Positions 28,237-38,191 of a stretch of DNA of 64,000 bases are shown here, piece by piece; the stretch's first letter is position 1; every line of letters begins with the position of its first letter. The stretch spans positions 11,265-75,264 of the forward strand of contig JAQWJZ010000038.1 in NCBI GenBank assembly GCA_029248105.1, read 5' to 3'. Position numbers and translations under genes: made by a program. Below the pieces are notes generated by a model. The model worked only from the letters and a program-made list of their open reading frames with translations, searched no databases and was not told the origin of the DNA. Source of the stretch: Flavobacteriales bacterium (GTDB lineage Bacteria; Bacteroidota; Bacteroidia; Flavobacteriales; UBA7312).

Positions 28237-29013
28237 ATGAATAAAACAATTGTAATTGCAAATCAAAAAGGTGGAGTAGGTAAAACAACTACAGCAATCA
28301 ACCTAGCAGCTTGTCTGGGCGTACTCGAAAAAAAAGTATTGCTTGTCGATGCTGATCCCCAAGCAAATTCAACTTCAGGCGTTGGCTATGATCCTAGAGA
28401 AATAAAGTCTGGACTGTACGAATGTTTGATTGATAACCTTAGTGCAACAGATGCAATAGTAAAAACAGAAAGTCCAAATTTAGACTTACTTCCAGCACAT
28501 ATTGATTTAGTTGGAGCTGAACTCGAGCTTGTCAATCAACAAAACAGAGAATATATACTCAAAGGAATTTTAGAACAAGTCAATTCTAACTATGACTATA
28601 TCATAATTGATTGCGCACCATCATTAGGAATAGTAACCACCAATGCACTAACAGCAGCAGACTCCATCATTATTCCTATCCAATGCGAATATTTTGCTTT
28701 AGAAGGGCTTGGAAAATTACTTAATACAATTAAAATTGTCCAAAATCGTTTAAACAAAGAACTTGATATCGAAGGACTTTTACTAACGATGTATGATACC
28801 CGTTTAAGATTATCAAACCAAGTCGTTGAAGAAGTAAAGACCCATTTTCAAGAAATGGTTTTCAATACTATCATTCAGCGTAACGTAAGACTTAGTGAAG
28901 CGCCAAGCTTTGGGCAAACAATAATTATGCATGATGCGAATAGCAAAGGTGCTATCAACTACCTTAACCTAGCGAAAGAAGTTTTAGAAAAGAATAAAAA
29001 ACTAGCACAATAA
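28237..29013 (+). CDS. parA: Chromosome partitioning ATPase ParA/Soj
   Basis: Deviant Walker A 'NQKGGVGKTTTAINLA', 'LVDADPQAN', 'IIIDCAPS'. Confidence 0.9.
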   Translation: MNKTIVIANQKGGVGKTTTAINLAACLGVLEKKVLLVDADPQANSTSGVGYDPREIKSGLYECLIDNLSATDAIVKTESPNLDLLPAHIDLVGAELELVNQQNREYILKGILEQVNSNYDYIIIDCAPSLGIVTTNALTAADSIIIPIQCEYFALEGLGKLLNTIKIVQNRLNKELDIEGLLLTMYDTRLRLSNQVVEEVKTHFQEMVFNTIIQRNVRLSEAPSFGQTIIMHDANSKGAINYLNLAKEVLEKNKKLAQ

Positions 29014-29023
29014 AATCAATAAA

Positions 29024-29923
29024 ATGGCAGAAAAAAAACGTGCATTAGGAAAAGGCCTATCGGCATTATTAAAAGACCCTAATACTGATATTACTAGTAA
29101 TGAAAGTATAGCAGAAACAACTCAAGTAGTTGGAGCAGTTGCTGAAATAGAAATAGAACAAATCGAAGTAAATCCATTCCAGCCAAGAACAGATTTTGAT
29201 CAAGATGCGCTGCAAGAACTAGCTATCTCTATCAAAGAGTTAGGAATTATCCAACCACTAACTGTAAGGAAGTTAGGCTACGATAAGTTCCAACTAATTT
29301 CTGGGGAAAGAAGATTTAGAGCTTCACAAATTGCTGAACTCAAAACAGTTCCTGTTTATGTAAGGATTGCTAACGACCAAGAAATGTTAGAAATGGCTTT
29401 GGTCGAAAATATTCAAAGAGAACAGCTAAATCCTGTTGAAGTAGCTTTAAGTTATCAAAGACTTATAGACGAATGCAAACTCACTCAAGAAAAAATGAGT
29501 GCAAGAGTTGGAAAAAAACGCTCTACTATTACCAATTATCTCAGACTACTTAAATTACCTGCAGAAATTCTTGCAGGCCTAAGGAATGAAAGCATTAGCA
29601 TGGGACATGCAAGAGCTCTCGTAAACGTCAAAAGTGAAGAAACTCAAATAAACATTTTTAGAGATGCCGTTAACAATGGCTTTACAGTTAGAGAAATCGA
29701 ACAAATTGTTAAAGATTTTGGCGAAAGCTCATACCTCAAAACATCTAGAAATAGAAGCAAGACATTGCCAAGCTTTGAACATCAAAAGTTAGCCAATGAC
29801 CTAACAAATAAGCTCGGTACAGACGTCAAGCTAAAGGTTTCTAAAAGTGGTAAAGGGAAAATAGAAATTCCCTTCACTTCCAATGATGATCTATATAATC
29901 TCATTTCACAATTAGGTTTATAA
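29024..29923 (+). CDS. parB: Chromosome partitioning protein ParB/Spo0J
   Basis: 'NPFQPR', 'GIIQPLTVR', 'ISGERRFRA' and an HTH region. Confidence 0.9.
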   Translation: MAEKKRALGKGLSALLKDPNTDITSNESIAETTQVVGAVAEIEIEQIEVNPFQPRTDFDQDALQELAISIKELGIIQPLTVRKLGYDKFQLISGERRFRASQIAELKTVPVYVRIANDQEMLEMALVENIQREQLNPVEVALSYQRLIDECKLTQEKMSARVGKKRSTITNYLRLLKLPAEILAGLRNESISMGHARALVNVKSEETQINIFRDAVNNGFTVREIEQIVKDFGESSYLKTSRNRSKTLPSFEHQKLANDLTNKLGTDVKLKVSKSGKGKIEIPFTSNDDLYNLISQLGL

Positions 29924-30436
29924 TTGAAATACATAATTTTAAATATACTCTTATGTTATTCGTTGATTGGTCATTCTCAATCTAACGAATCAAAAACTAT
30001 TAAGTCTGCTCATAAAGCCTCAATACTTTCGGCTGTTGTTCCAGGTGCTGGACAAGTTTATAATAAAAAATATTGGAAGGTTCCCATTATTTACGCTTCA
30101 CTAGCAACAAGTATTTATTTCATTAAGGATAATCAGAACAAATTAACGACCTATCAAGACGCATACATCACAAGGTCTAATGGAGGGACTGATGACTATA
30201 TAGATATTTACAATAATAGCCAACTACTCACAATTGTCGATTATTATGAAAGGAACAGGGATGTTTCCTATATTATTGCTGGGGCAATCTACCTTCTTAA
30301 CATAGTAGATGCTAGCGTAGACGCCCATCTTTTTGATTTTGACATTAGTGAAGACTTGAGTTTAAACACAACACCCAAAATTATTGATACGCCTATAGGT
30401 AAAACAACGGTGTTATCATTAAAAATGAATTTTTAA
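29924..30436 (+). CDS. DUF5683-type membrane-associated protein
   Basis: Signal-like N-terminus. 'SAVVPGAGQVYNKKYWKVPIIYASLA' matches the DUF5683 pattern. TTG start immediately after the parB stop; no in-frame ATG nearby. Confidence 0.55.
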   Translation: MKYIILNILLCYSLIGHSQSNESKTIKSAHKASILSAVVPGAGQVYNKKYWKVPIIYASLATSIYFIKDNQNKLTTYQDAYITRSNGGTDDYIDIYNNSQLLTIVDYYERNRDVSYIIAGAIYLLNIVDASVDAHLFDFDISEDLSLNTTPKIIDTPIGKTTVLSLKMNF

Positions 30437-30441
30437 CTTTG
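30434..30441 (+). promoter_or_regulatory. Candidate -7 box (TAACTTTG) 5 nt upstream of the dapB ATG
   Basis: 'taactttg ccgat ATG'. The spacing implies a leaderless or near-leaderless transcript. Confidence 0.4.
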
Positions 30442-30446
30442 CCGAT

Positions 30447-31109
30447 ATGAACATTGCACTTATAGGTTATGGTAAAATGGGACAACTAATAGAGCAAATT
30501 GCTCTAGAAAAGGGACATTCGATTTCTCTCATTGCTACTAGCAAAAACCCCATCAACAAGCAAAATTTTTCGGACATTGACGTTGCGATTGATTTTAGCA
30601 CACCAGAAAGTGCTTTCAGTAATATCAGTCAATTGTTGTTAAAAGGAATACCTGTAGTATCTGGGACAACAGGCTGGCTAGAAAAAATTGAAGAGATTAA
30701 AAAGATGGCGGTAGAACAAGAAACCGCATTTTTATATGCATCTAACTTCAGTATTGGTGTAAACCTATTTTTTGAATTGAACAAAAAGCTAAATCAACTG
30801 ATGTATAATCACACTGACTACAAAGCATCAATTGAAGAAATACATCACACTCAAAAACTAGATATACCAAGCGGAACAGCACTTACATTAAAATCGCAAA
30901 TTTCTGACACTATCAATATCAAAAGTGAAAGGCAAGAAAACGTTCCCGGCACACATATTGTAGAATATACTTCAACGATAGATACTATTTCCATTTCTCA
31001 TCAAGCACACAACAGAATGGGCTTTGTCAAAGGCGCACTTCTTGCTGCAGAGTGGATTATTGATAAAAAAGGGTGTTTCTCTATAAGTGACATTCTAAAA
31101 ATTAATTAA
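30447..31109 (+). CDS. dapB: 4-hydroxy-tetrahydrodipicolinate reductase
   Basis: 'IALIGYGKMG' and 'EEIHHTQKLDIPSGTA' (the E-x-H-H-x-x-K-x-D-x-PSGTA motif). Confidence 0.8.
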   Translation: MNIALIGYGKMGQLIEQIALEKGHSISLIATSKNPINKQNFSDIDVAIDFSTPESAFSNISQLLLKGIPVVSGTTGWLEKIEEIKKMAVEQETAFLYASNFSIGVNLFFELNKKLNQLMYNHTDYKASIEEIHHTQKLDIPSGTALTLKSQISDTINIKSERQENVPGTHIVEYTSTIDTISISHQAHNRMGFVKGALLAAEWIIDKKGCFSISDILKIN

Positions 31110-31114
31110 GAACA

Positions 31115-32392
31115 ATGAATAAATTAAAACAACTTTTAGGCAAATCTTTTAAAGTGGTACTATTCATCGTATTTACGATATTATGGTCACTATTAGTCTA
31201 CTTAATAGATGGTGAATGGCTTTACTTTTTCCCTTTAATCGTTGGGGACATTCTATTTTGGGAAACTATTAGCTGGCAATTTTGGAAGAAAAAAGAAAAG
31301 AAAAAGAAAAAACCTAAAAGCGAAATCAAAAGTTGGTTTAACGCTATTCTATTTGCCGTAATAGCAGCAACAATTCTTAGAACTTTCTTAATCGAAGCTT
31401 ATACCATACCTACATCATCTATGGAAAAATCTCTTCTAATAGGTGATTTTTTATTTGTTAGTAAGGTAAGTTACGGCCCAAGAGTGCCTAACACCCCCCT
31501 ATCTTTTCCTCTTGTTCATCATACATTACCACTTACCAAAAACACTCCGGCATATCTTAAATGGATACAATTAGATTACCACAGAATGAAGGGGATGGGT
31601 AAAATAGAAAGAAACGATTGTGTGGTCTTTAATTATCCAGCCGACGATGCACTACACCCAGAAAGACCAGTAGACAAAAAAGAAAATTATATAAAAAGAT
31701 GTGTAGGCTTACCCGGCGATGTCATTGAGATAAAAAACACAGGACTATTTGTCAATGGCGAACCACAAAGTACTACCGAAAAGATGAAAAACCAATTTAG
31801 GTATTATGTTAAAACCGATGGCACCTTATTTAGTCAAAAAACATTAAATAAATATAATATTTACGAAGGCCAAATCTTATCAAGAAATGGTGATTATGAA
31901 TTAATGCTTAACAACGAAAGCTTAGAAGCCATAAGACGCTTTACCTATGTAAAAAAGGTTGAAAAAATAGTAGCAGAAAAAGGTGTTAAAACCAATTCAA
32001 CTGAATTAATTTTTCCAGATGATAAATTCAATTGGAACCTCGATAACTTTGGACCATTAACTATTCCTGCCAAAGGAATGACAGTAGATATAGATACTCA
32101 AAATATTCAGACATACAGAAGAGTGATAGAAAGCTATGAAAAAAATACTTTAGAAATAGTTGATGACAATATTTACATTAACGGAAACCTTAGCAAAAGC
32201 TATACATTTCAAATGGATTACTATTGGATGATGGGAGATAATAGACACAATTCACTAGATTCTAGATACTGGGGATTTGTTCCAGAGGACCATGTCGTTG
32301 GAAAAGCCCTTTTCATATGGATGAGCTGGGATAAAAACAAAAAAGGCATTCACAAAATTAGATGGAATAGGTTGTTCAATGCAGTCCACTAG
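31115..32392 (+). CDS. lepB: Signal peptidase I
   Basis: 'IPTSSMEKSLLIGDFLFVSK' (Ser box), 'KRCVGLPGD' (Lys box), 'GDNRHNSLDSRYWGFVP'. Confidence 0.85.
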   Translation: MNKLKQLLGKSFKVVLFIVFTILWSLLVYLIDGEWLYFFPLIVGDILFWETISWQFWKKKEKKKKKPKSEIKSWFNAILFAVIAATILRTFLIEAYTIPTSSMEKSLLIGDFLFVSKVSYGPRVPNTPLSFPLVHHTLPLTKNTPAYLKWIQLDYHRMKGMGKIERNDCVVFNYPADDALHPERPVDKKENYIKRCVGLPGDVIEIKNTGLFVNGEPQSTTEKMKNQFRYYVKTDGTLFSQKTLNKYNIYEGQILSRNGDYELMLNNESLEAIRRFTYVKKVEKIVAEKGVKTNSTELIFPDDKFNWNLDNFGPLTIPAKGMTVDIDTQNIQTYRRVIESYEKNTLEIVDDNIYINGNLSKSYTFQMDYYWMMGDNRHNSLDSRYWGFVPEDHVVGKALFIWMSWDKNKKGIHKIRWNRLFNAVH

Positions 32393-32987
32393 AGCTACAC
32401 TTTTACCTTGCCCATATTTCGGCTCTATTGAGTATTTTTCTAACCTACTCTCTAGCAATTGTATTATAGAAGTCAACGACTATTTTGTAAAACAAAGCTT
32501 AAGAACGCGATGTGTTATTTATGGAGCTAATGGACCATTAACACTAACTGTTCCGAAATTTAGAAAAAACAGCTCTAAAACACTGTTCAAAGATATTAAG
32601 ATAAATTATGATCACCATTGGCAAAAAGAACATTGGCAAAGTATAACCAGCGCCTACCGTTCTTCTCCATTTTTTGAATACTACGAAGATGAATTCCAGC
32701 CTTTATTTCACAAGAAACACACTTTCTTAGTAGACTTGAATTTAGAAATGATGAGTTTTATTTGTTCAAAAATTGGACTTTCAACAGACTATAAAATCAG
32801 TGAAAACTACATCAAAAACCCAGATTTAGATGATAAAAGAATGGATACCTTTGATAATGAAATTACAAAAAGGTATATGCAAGTTTTTGAAAATAAACTC
32901 GGCTTTATTGCTAATCTCAGTATATTAGATCTTCTTTTTAATGAAGGGAATAATAGTAGAGCTTATCTCGAATCAATTAACACCTAA
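32379..32987 (+). CDS. WbqC-like family protein
   Basis: 'LPCPYFGSIEYF...HWQKEHWQSITSAYRSSPFFEYY' is typical of WbqC-like proteins. 14-nt overlap with lepB. Confidence 0.6.
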   Translation: MQSTRATLLPCPYFGSIEYFSNLLSSNCIIEVNDYFVKQSLRTRCVIYGANGPLTLTVPKFRKNSSKTLFKDIKINYDHHWQKEHWQSITSAYRSSPFFEYYEDEFQPLFHKKHTFLVDLNLEMMSFICSKIGLSTDYKISENYIKNPDLDDKRMDTFDNEITKRYMQVFENKLGFIANLSILDLLFNEGNNSRAYLESINT

Positions 32988-33003
32988 AAATCATTAACGT
33001 CTT

Positions 33004-34632
33004 ATGGATTTAGAATTTAATAAAAACGAAGATCAAATGAGACTCTTGATATCAGAGATGAATCAAAAGTTTGATAAAGTTTCGATTGGTGGTGGCAAGG
33101 CAAAAATCAAAAAACAACACGACCAAGGAAAACTTACTGCCAGAGAAAGAATTCAATTTTTAGTTGATGACAGAAGTGAAACTATTGAAATTGGTGCTTT
33201 TGTAGGAGATGGAATGTACGAAGAATATGGAGGCTGTCCATCAGGAGGAGTTGTTATTGTCATCGGCTATGTGAGCTCTAAACAATGTATTATTGTAGCT
33301 AATGATGCTACCGTAAAAGCAGGTGCTTGGTTTCCTATTACAGCTAAGAAAAATTTACGCGCACAAGAAATTGCAATGGAAAATAGACTGCCTATTATCT
33401 ATTTGGTAGATAGTGCCGGTGTATTTTTACCATTACAAAACGAAATCTTTCCAGACAAAGAACACTTTGGTAGAATCTTTAGAAATAATGCCAAAATGTC
33501 GTCAATGGGCATTACACAAATATCAGCCGTTATGGGCTCTTGTGTAGCTGGCGGCGCATATCTTCCTATAATGAGCGATGAAGCATTAATCGTTAATAAA
33601 ACAGGAACTATATTTCTTGCAGGAAGCTACCTAGTAAAAGCCGCTATCGGTGAAGATATTGACAACGAAACTTTAGGTGGTGCAGAAACTCATTGTGAAA
33701 TTTCAGGTGTAACAGACTATAAGTCAGAAAATGATGAGGACTGTCTAAAAACTATCCGTAATATATTCAGTAAAATTGGTGACTTTGAAAAAGCTGGCTT
33801 CAACAGAATAGAGTCTAAAGATCCCAAAAAAGATAAAAATGAAATAGTTGGCATTTTACCTGTCAATAGAGATAAGCCTTATAATACCCTTGAAATTATT
33901 GACCGACTGGTTGACAACTCTGATTTTGAAGAATATAAAAAAGGCTACGGCGAAACTATAATTTGCGGCTATGCAAGAATTGATGGTTGGGCGATAGGAC
34001 TCATTGCAAACCAAAGAAAATTGGTCAAAAGTAAAAAAGGTGAAATGCAATTTGGAGGTGTTATTTATTCTGACTCAGCAGATAAAGCTACTCGATTTAT
34101 AGCAAATTGTAATCAAAAGAAAATCCCTTTAGTCTTCTTACAAGATGTAACAGGCTTTATGGTTGGTTCTCGATCTGAACATTCAGGAATCATTAAAGAT
34201 GGAGCAAAAATGGTAAATGCTTTAAGCAATTCGGTAGTTCCAAAATTCACCATTATAATGGGGAATTCTTACGGAGCTGGTAATTATGCTATGTGCGGAA
34301 AAGCATTCGACCCAAGATTAATAGTCGCATGGCCAACTGCCAAGATGGCTGTAATGGGAGGAGAACAAGCTGCTAAAGTATTATTGCAAATAGAAAAATC
34401 ATCCCTAAAAAAACAAGGTCAAAAAATCGACAAAAAGAAAGAGGATAAACTTCTTAAAACAATCACTGAACGATACGATGAACAAACATCACCCTATTAC
34501 GCAGCATCACGACTTTGGATTGATGCTATTATAGACCCAAGAGAAACCAGAAAAGTAATTTCAATGGGAATAGAAGCTGCAAACAATTCACCCATCAAAA
34601 CAGCTTATAACCCAGGAGTTATTCAAGTTTAA
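33004..34632 (+). CDS. Acyl-CoA carboxylase carboxyltransferase (beta) subunit (methylcrotonoyl-/propionyl-CoA carboxylase type)
   Basis: 542 aa. 'GKLTARERI', 'VANDATVKAG', 'AVMGSCVAGGAY', 'GGVIYSDSADKA', 'MGGEQAA'. Confidence 0.85.
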   Translation: MDLEFNKNEDQMRLLISEMNQKFDKVSIGGGKAKIKKQHDQGKLTARERIQFLVDDRSETIEIGAFVGDGMYEEYGGCPSGGVVIVIGYVSSKQCIIVANDATVKAGAWFPITAKKNLRAQEIAMENRLPIIYLVDSAGVFLPLQNEIFPDKEHFGRIFRNNAKMSSMGITQISAVMGSCVAGGAYLPIMSDEALIVNKTGTIFLAGSYLVKAAIGEDIDNETLGGAETHCEISGVTDYKSENDEDCLKTIRNIFSKIGDFEKAGFNRIESKDPKKDKNEIVGILPVNRDKPYNTLEIIDRLVDNSDFEEYKKGYGETIICGYARIDGWAIGLIANQRKLVKSKKGEMQFGGVIYSDSADKATRFIANCNQKKIPLVFLQDVTGFMVGSRSEHSGIIKDGAKMVNALSNSVVPKFTIIMGNSYGAGNYAMCGKAFDPRLIVAWPTAKMAVMGGEQAAKVLLQIEKSSLKKQGQKIDKKKEDKLLKTITERYDEQTSPYYAASRLWIDAIIDPRETRKVISMGIEAANNSPIKTAYNPGVIQV

Positions 34633-34668
34633 ACACAAGCAATCTCTCAGAAAATATATTCATTTGAT

Positions 34669-34676
34669 TATATTTG
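34669..34676 (+). promoter_or_regulatory. Candidate -7 box (TATATTTG) for thrS-infC-rpmI-rplT
   Basis: TAnnTTTG 31 nt upstream of the thrS ATG at 34708. Confidence 0.45.
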
Positions 34677-34707
34677 CAGACTCTAGATAAGAGTATAGAT
34701 AAATTTT

Positions 34708-36651
34708 ATGATACAAATTACACTTCCAGACGGAGCGACAAGACAAGTTGAAAAAGGTACTACAGGCATGGATATTGCCAAAAGTATCAGTGAAGGATTA
34801 GCAAGAAATGTTCTAGCATGTCAAATAGATGAAGAGGTTTGGGATGCTAACCGTCCTATAGAAAAGGATTGTGAATTCAAACTACTCACTTGGAATGATG
34901 ATCTAGGCAAACAAACCATGTGGCACTCTTCGGCACACCTTATGGCTGAAGCCTTAGAAGCGATTTACCCAGGCATTAAACTAGCCATTGGACCAGCTAT
35001 TGAAAACGGATTCTATTACGATGTTGATCTAGGAGAACACTCTATCTCTTCCGATGACTTTAGCAAAATTGAAGCTAAAATGGTTGAGTTAGCTAGACAA
35101 AAAAACGAATATGTAAGAAAAGAGATATCCAAACAAGATGCTATTTCTTACTTTCAAGAAAAAGATGACCAATACAAACTTGAGCTTCTTGAAGATTTAG
35201 AAGATGGCAATATTACTTTTTATACACAAGGTAATTTTACCGATTTATGTAGAGGTCCACATATTCCAAATACCTCTTTTATAAAATCGACCAAACTGCT
35301 CAACATTGCAGGAGCATATTGGAGAGGCGATGAGAACAATAAGCAGTTAACACGTATTTATGGCATTAGTTTTCCTAAGCAAAAGGAACTAACAGCATAC
35401 TTGGAACTTCTAGAACAAGCCAAACAAAGAGATCATAGAAAGCTTGGGAAAGAAATGGAATTATTTTCATTTTCTCAAAAAGTAGGTCAAGGACTACCTT
35501 TGTGGCTTCCAAAAGGAGCTGCACTTAGAGAGCGATTAGAAAATTTTCTTAAAAAAGCACAAAAAACTGCTGGTTACGATCAAGTCATTACGCCACATAT
35601 TGGCAGTAAAGAACTTTACGTATGTTCTGGTCACTATGCCAAATATGGAGCGGATTCATTTCAGCCGATTAACACCCCTGCTGATGGTGAAGAATTTTTA
35701 CTCAAGCCGATGAACTGCCCCCACCATTGCGAAATATATAAAACAAAGCCACGTTCATATAAAGATTTACCAATTAGATTTGCAGAATTTGGAACCGTTT
35801 ATCGTTACGAACAATCTGGTGAATTACATGGACTTTCAAGAGTAAGAGGATTTACTCAAGATGATGCTCATATTTTCTGCACCCCTGAACAAGTAAAAGA
35901 AGAGTTTATTAAAGTTATAGACCTTGTATTTTACATTTTTAAAACATTAAGCTTTGAACAATTCACAGCTCAGATATCTCTAAGAGATGTCAACCAACCC
36001 GAAAAATATATTGGTTCAACTGACAATTGGGAAAAAGCAGAAAAAGCCATATTAGAGGCAACTGAAGAAAAGGGTATTGATACAATAATTGAATATGGAG
36101 AAGCTGCATTTTATGGCCCAAAACTAGACTTCATGGTCAAAGATGCTTTGGGAAGAAAATGGCAATTAGGTACTATACAAGTAGACTATAACTTGCCCGA
36201 ACGCTTTGAATTAGAATATATTGGCTCTGATAATCAGACACACAGGCCCGTTATGATTCATAGAGCCCCGTTCGGATCTATGGAAAGGTTTGTATCCGTT
36301 TTACTAGAACATTGCGCCGGTAATTTCCCACTTTGGCTAACACCAAATCAGGTTATGATTTTACCAATTAGTGAAAAATATCACGATTACGCAGAAAATA
36401 TTTTAAATCTGCTAAATAATTCCGATATTCGCGCCCTCGTTGACGAAAGAGCTGAAAAAGCCGGTCGTAAGATAAGAGATGCTGAAATAAGTAAATCACC
36501 TTACATGTTAATTGTTGGTGAAAAAGAAAAAAACGAACATACAGTATCTGTTAGAAAACATGGTGGTGAAGATTTAGGCAGTATGAAAATTGAAGAATTC
36601 ATAAAAATCATCAACGAAGAAATTGATAGTTTGATAAGTAACTTTAAATAG
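34708..36651 (+). CDS. thrS: Threonine--tRNA ligase
   Basis: TGS domain N-terminus, '[10 protein letters not shown]' editing motif, class II motifs '[26 protein letters not shown]', anticodon-binding C-terminus. Confidence 0.95.
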   Translation: MIQITLPDGATRQVEKGTTGMDIAKSISEGLARNVLACQIDEEVWDANRPIEKDCEFKLLTWNDDLGKQTMWHSSAHLMAEALEAIYPGIKLAIGPAIENGFYYDVDLGEHSISSDDFSKIEAKMVELARQKNEYVRKEISKQDAISYFQEKDDQYKLELLEDLEDGNITFYTQGNFTDLCRGPHIPNTSFIKSTKLLNIAGAYWRGDENNKQLTRIYGISFPKQKELTAYLELLEQAKQRDHRKLGKEMELFSFSQKVGQGLPLWLPKGAALRERLENFLKKAQKTAGYDQVITPHIGSKELYVCSGHYAKYGADSFQPINTPADGEEFLLKPMNCPHHCEIYKTKPRSYKDLPIRFAEFGTVYRYEQSGELHGLSRVRGFTQDDAHIFCTPEQVKEEFIKVIDLVFYIFKTLSFEQFTAQISLRDVNQPEKYIGSTDNWEKAEKAILEATEEKGIDTIIEYGEAAFYGPKLDFMVKDALGRKWQLGTIQVDYNLPERFELEYIGSDNQTHRPVMIHRAPFGSMERFVSVLLEHCAGNFPLWLTPNQVMILPISEKYHDYAENILNLLNNSDIRALVDERAEKAGRKIRDAEISKSPYMLIVGEKEKNEHTVSVRKHGGEDLGSMKIEEFIKIINEEIDSLISNFK

Positions 36652-36675
36652 AGTAGATAATAAAAACAGAATACA

Positions 36676-37227
36676 ATCGCAATAAGAAGAAGAAATAACA
36701 ACTACAGAAGAAAAACAGAAGCAGAACATAAAATCAATAAATTTATTACTGCTCCTGAAGTCAGATTAATAGGCGAAGGCATAGAATCTGGAATCTTTCC
36801 TTTAGCAAAAGCATTGAATATCGCTAATGAAATGGGATTGGATTTAGTTGAAATTTCTCCTAAAGCAGATCCTCCTGTTTGTAAAATTATCGACTATAAA
36901 AAGTTTCTATACGATCAAAAAAAGAAACAAAAATTAATAAAAGCAAACGCATCAAAAACTGTAATCAAAGAAATCCGTTTCGGACCTAATACAGAAGAGC
37001 ATGACCTTGCTTTTAAAACAAAACATGCATTAAAATTCCTTGAAGAAGGCTCGAAAGTAAAAGCTTTCGTATTTTTTAGAGGAAGAAGCATAGTCTTTAA
37101 AGAAAAAGGCGAGATTTTATTACTAAAATTTGCCCAAGCCTTAGAAGATTATGGTGTTGTAGAACAAATGCCAAAATTAGAAGGGAAACGAATGACTATG
37201 TTCATTGCTCCTAAAAAGAAGAAGTAA
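36676..37227 (+). CDS. infC: Translation initiation factor IF-3, with inferred non-canonical (ATC) start
   Basis: The track ORF (TTG 36814) lacks the conserved N-domain. The frame is open from 36664 and encodes 'IAIRRRNNNYRRKTEAEHKINKFITAPEVRLIGEG' with no ATG/GTG/TTG. ATC 36676 would give M-AIRRR. Confidence 0.8.
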   Translation: MAIRRRNNNYRRKTEAEHKINKFITAPEVRLIGEGIESGIFPLAKALNIANEMGLDLVEISPKADPPVCKIIDYKKFLYDQKKKQKLIKANASKTVIKEIRFGPNTEEHDLAFKTKHALKFLEEGSKVKAFVFFRGRSIVFKEKGEILLLKFAQALEDYGVVEQMPKLEGKRMTMFIAPKKKK

Positions 37228-37248
37228 AACCAATTAAACGGATTTATC

Positions 37249-37443
37249 ATGCCAAAAATGAAAACAAAATCTAGTGCTAAAAAGCGTTTTAAGCTTACTG
37301 GTACAGGTAAAATCAAGAGAAAGCATGCTTTTAAAAGTCACATCTTAACAAAGAAAGAGACTAAACAAAAGCGTAACTTAACTCAAACAGGATTAGTACA
37401 TGAGTCTGATGTTAAAAACATCAAACAACAATTGTGCCTCTAA
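37249..37443 (+). CDS. rpmI: 50S ribosomal protein L35
   Basis: '[36 protein letters not shown]'. Confidence 0.9.
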   Translation: MPKMKTKSSAKKRFKLTGTGKIKRKHAFKSHILTKKETKQKRNLTQTGLVHESDVKNIKQQLCL

Positions 37444-37516
37444 TTAATAATTATTAACCAAGTATTTAGCTCAAAAGTTCTCGTATAGAGGCGCTAACTA
37501 CTAAAACAATTAAATT

Positions 37517-37864
37517 ATGCCAAGATCGGTAAACGCTGTCGCAGCAAAGGCTAGAAGAAAAAAGGTATTAGATGCCGCTAAAGGTTACTTCGGCCGTAGA
37601 AAAAATGTCCATACAGTAGCTAAAAATGCTGTAGAAAAAGCAATGCAATATGCATACATTGGACGTAAACAAAAGAAAAGAAACTTCCGTTCATTATGGA
37701 TTCAAAGAATAAACGCAGGTGTTAGAGAACACGGAATGAGTTATTCTACATTTATGGGTGCAGTATCGAAAAAGGGTATTGCCCTAAACAGAAAAGTTCT
37801 TGCAGACCTTGCAATGAACCATCCAGAAGCTTTTAAAGCAGTAGTGGACAAGGTTAAAAGTTAA
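37517..37864 (+). CDS. rplT: 50S ribosomal protein L20
   Basis: '[24 protein letters not shown]...[11 protein letters not shown]'. Confidence 0.95.
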   Translation: MPRSVNAVAAKARRKKVLDAAKGYFGRRKNVHTVAKNAVEKAMQYAYIGRKQKKRNFRSLWIQRINAGVREHGMSYSTFMGAVSKKGIALNRKVLADLAMNHPEAFKAVVDKVKS

Positions 37865-37890
37865 ATTTTAACTCATATAATAATTTAAAG

Positions 37891-37920
37891 AAGGTAAATC
37901 ATCAATGGTTTACCTTTTTT
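37891..37920 (+). terminator. Rho-independent terminator after rplT
   Basis: 8-bp stem AAGGTAAA / TTTACCTT, 10-nt loop, then a T-run. Confidence 0.65.
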
Positions 37921-37922
37921 GT

Positions 37923-37930
37923 TACCTTTG
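37923..37930 (+). promoter_or_regulatory. Candidate -7 box (TACCTTTG) for the cold-shock gene
   Basis: TAnnTTTG 21 nt upstream of the ATG at 37952. Confidence 0.4.
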
Positions 37931-37951
37931 TCGAAATAAATTAAATTAATT

Positions 37952-38143
37952 ATGAATACTGGAACAGTTAAATTTTTTAATGATACCAAAGGATATGGAT
38001 TCATTAAAGAAGACGAAACAGATAAGGAGTACTTTGTACACGTTTCTGGAGTAATCGATGAAATTAGTGAAAATGACAAAGTTACATTTGACTTAGAAGA
38101 AGGCCGTAAAGGTCTAAACGCTACAAATGTAAAATTAGCATAA
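37952..38143 (+). CDS. Cold-shock domain protein (CspA family)
   Basis: 'GTVKFFNDTKGYGFI' (RNP1) and 'YFVHVSG' (RNP2-like). Confidence 0.9.
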   Translation: MNTGTVKFFNDTKGYGFIKEDETDKEYFVHVSGVIDEISENDKVTFDLEEGRKGLNATNVKLA

Positions 38144-38163
38144 ATAAACTAAGACTAACAATG

Positions 38164-38191
38164 AAAAAGGCTCCTAACGGAGCCTTTTTTT
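38164..38191. terminator. Bidirectional rho-independent terminator between csp (+) and the TPR gene (-)
   Basis: AAAAA-GGCTCC-taac-GGAGCC-TTTTTTT. A perfect 6-bp GC-rich stem flanked by an A-run and a T-run. The T-run overlaps the TPR gene stop codon. Confidence 0.75.

Noticed and set aside
31286-31312. A/G-rich homopolymeric run (aagaaaaaagaaaagaaaaagaaaaaa) as a potential slippage or frameshift site
   Set aside because: The lepB frame reads straight through (KKKEKKKKKPK) into conserved signal-peptidase motifs, so there is no evidence of a frameshift or pseudogene.
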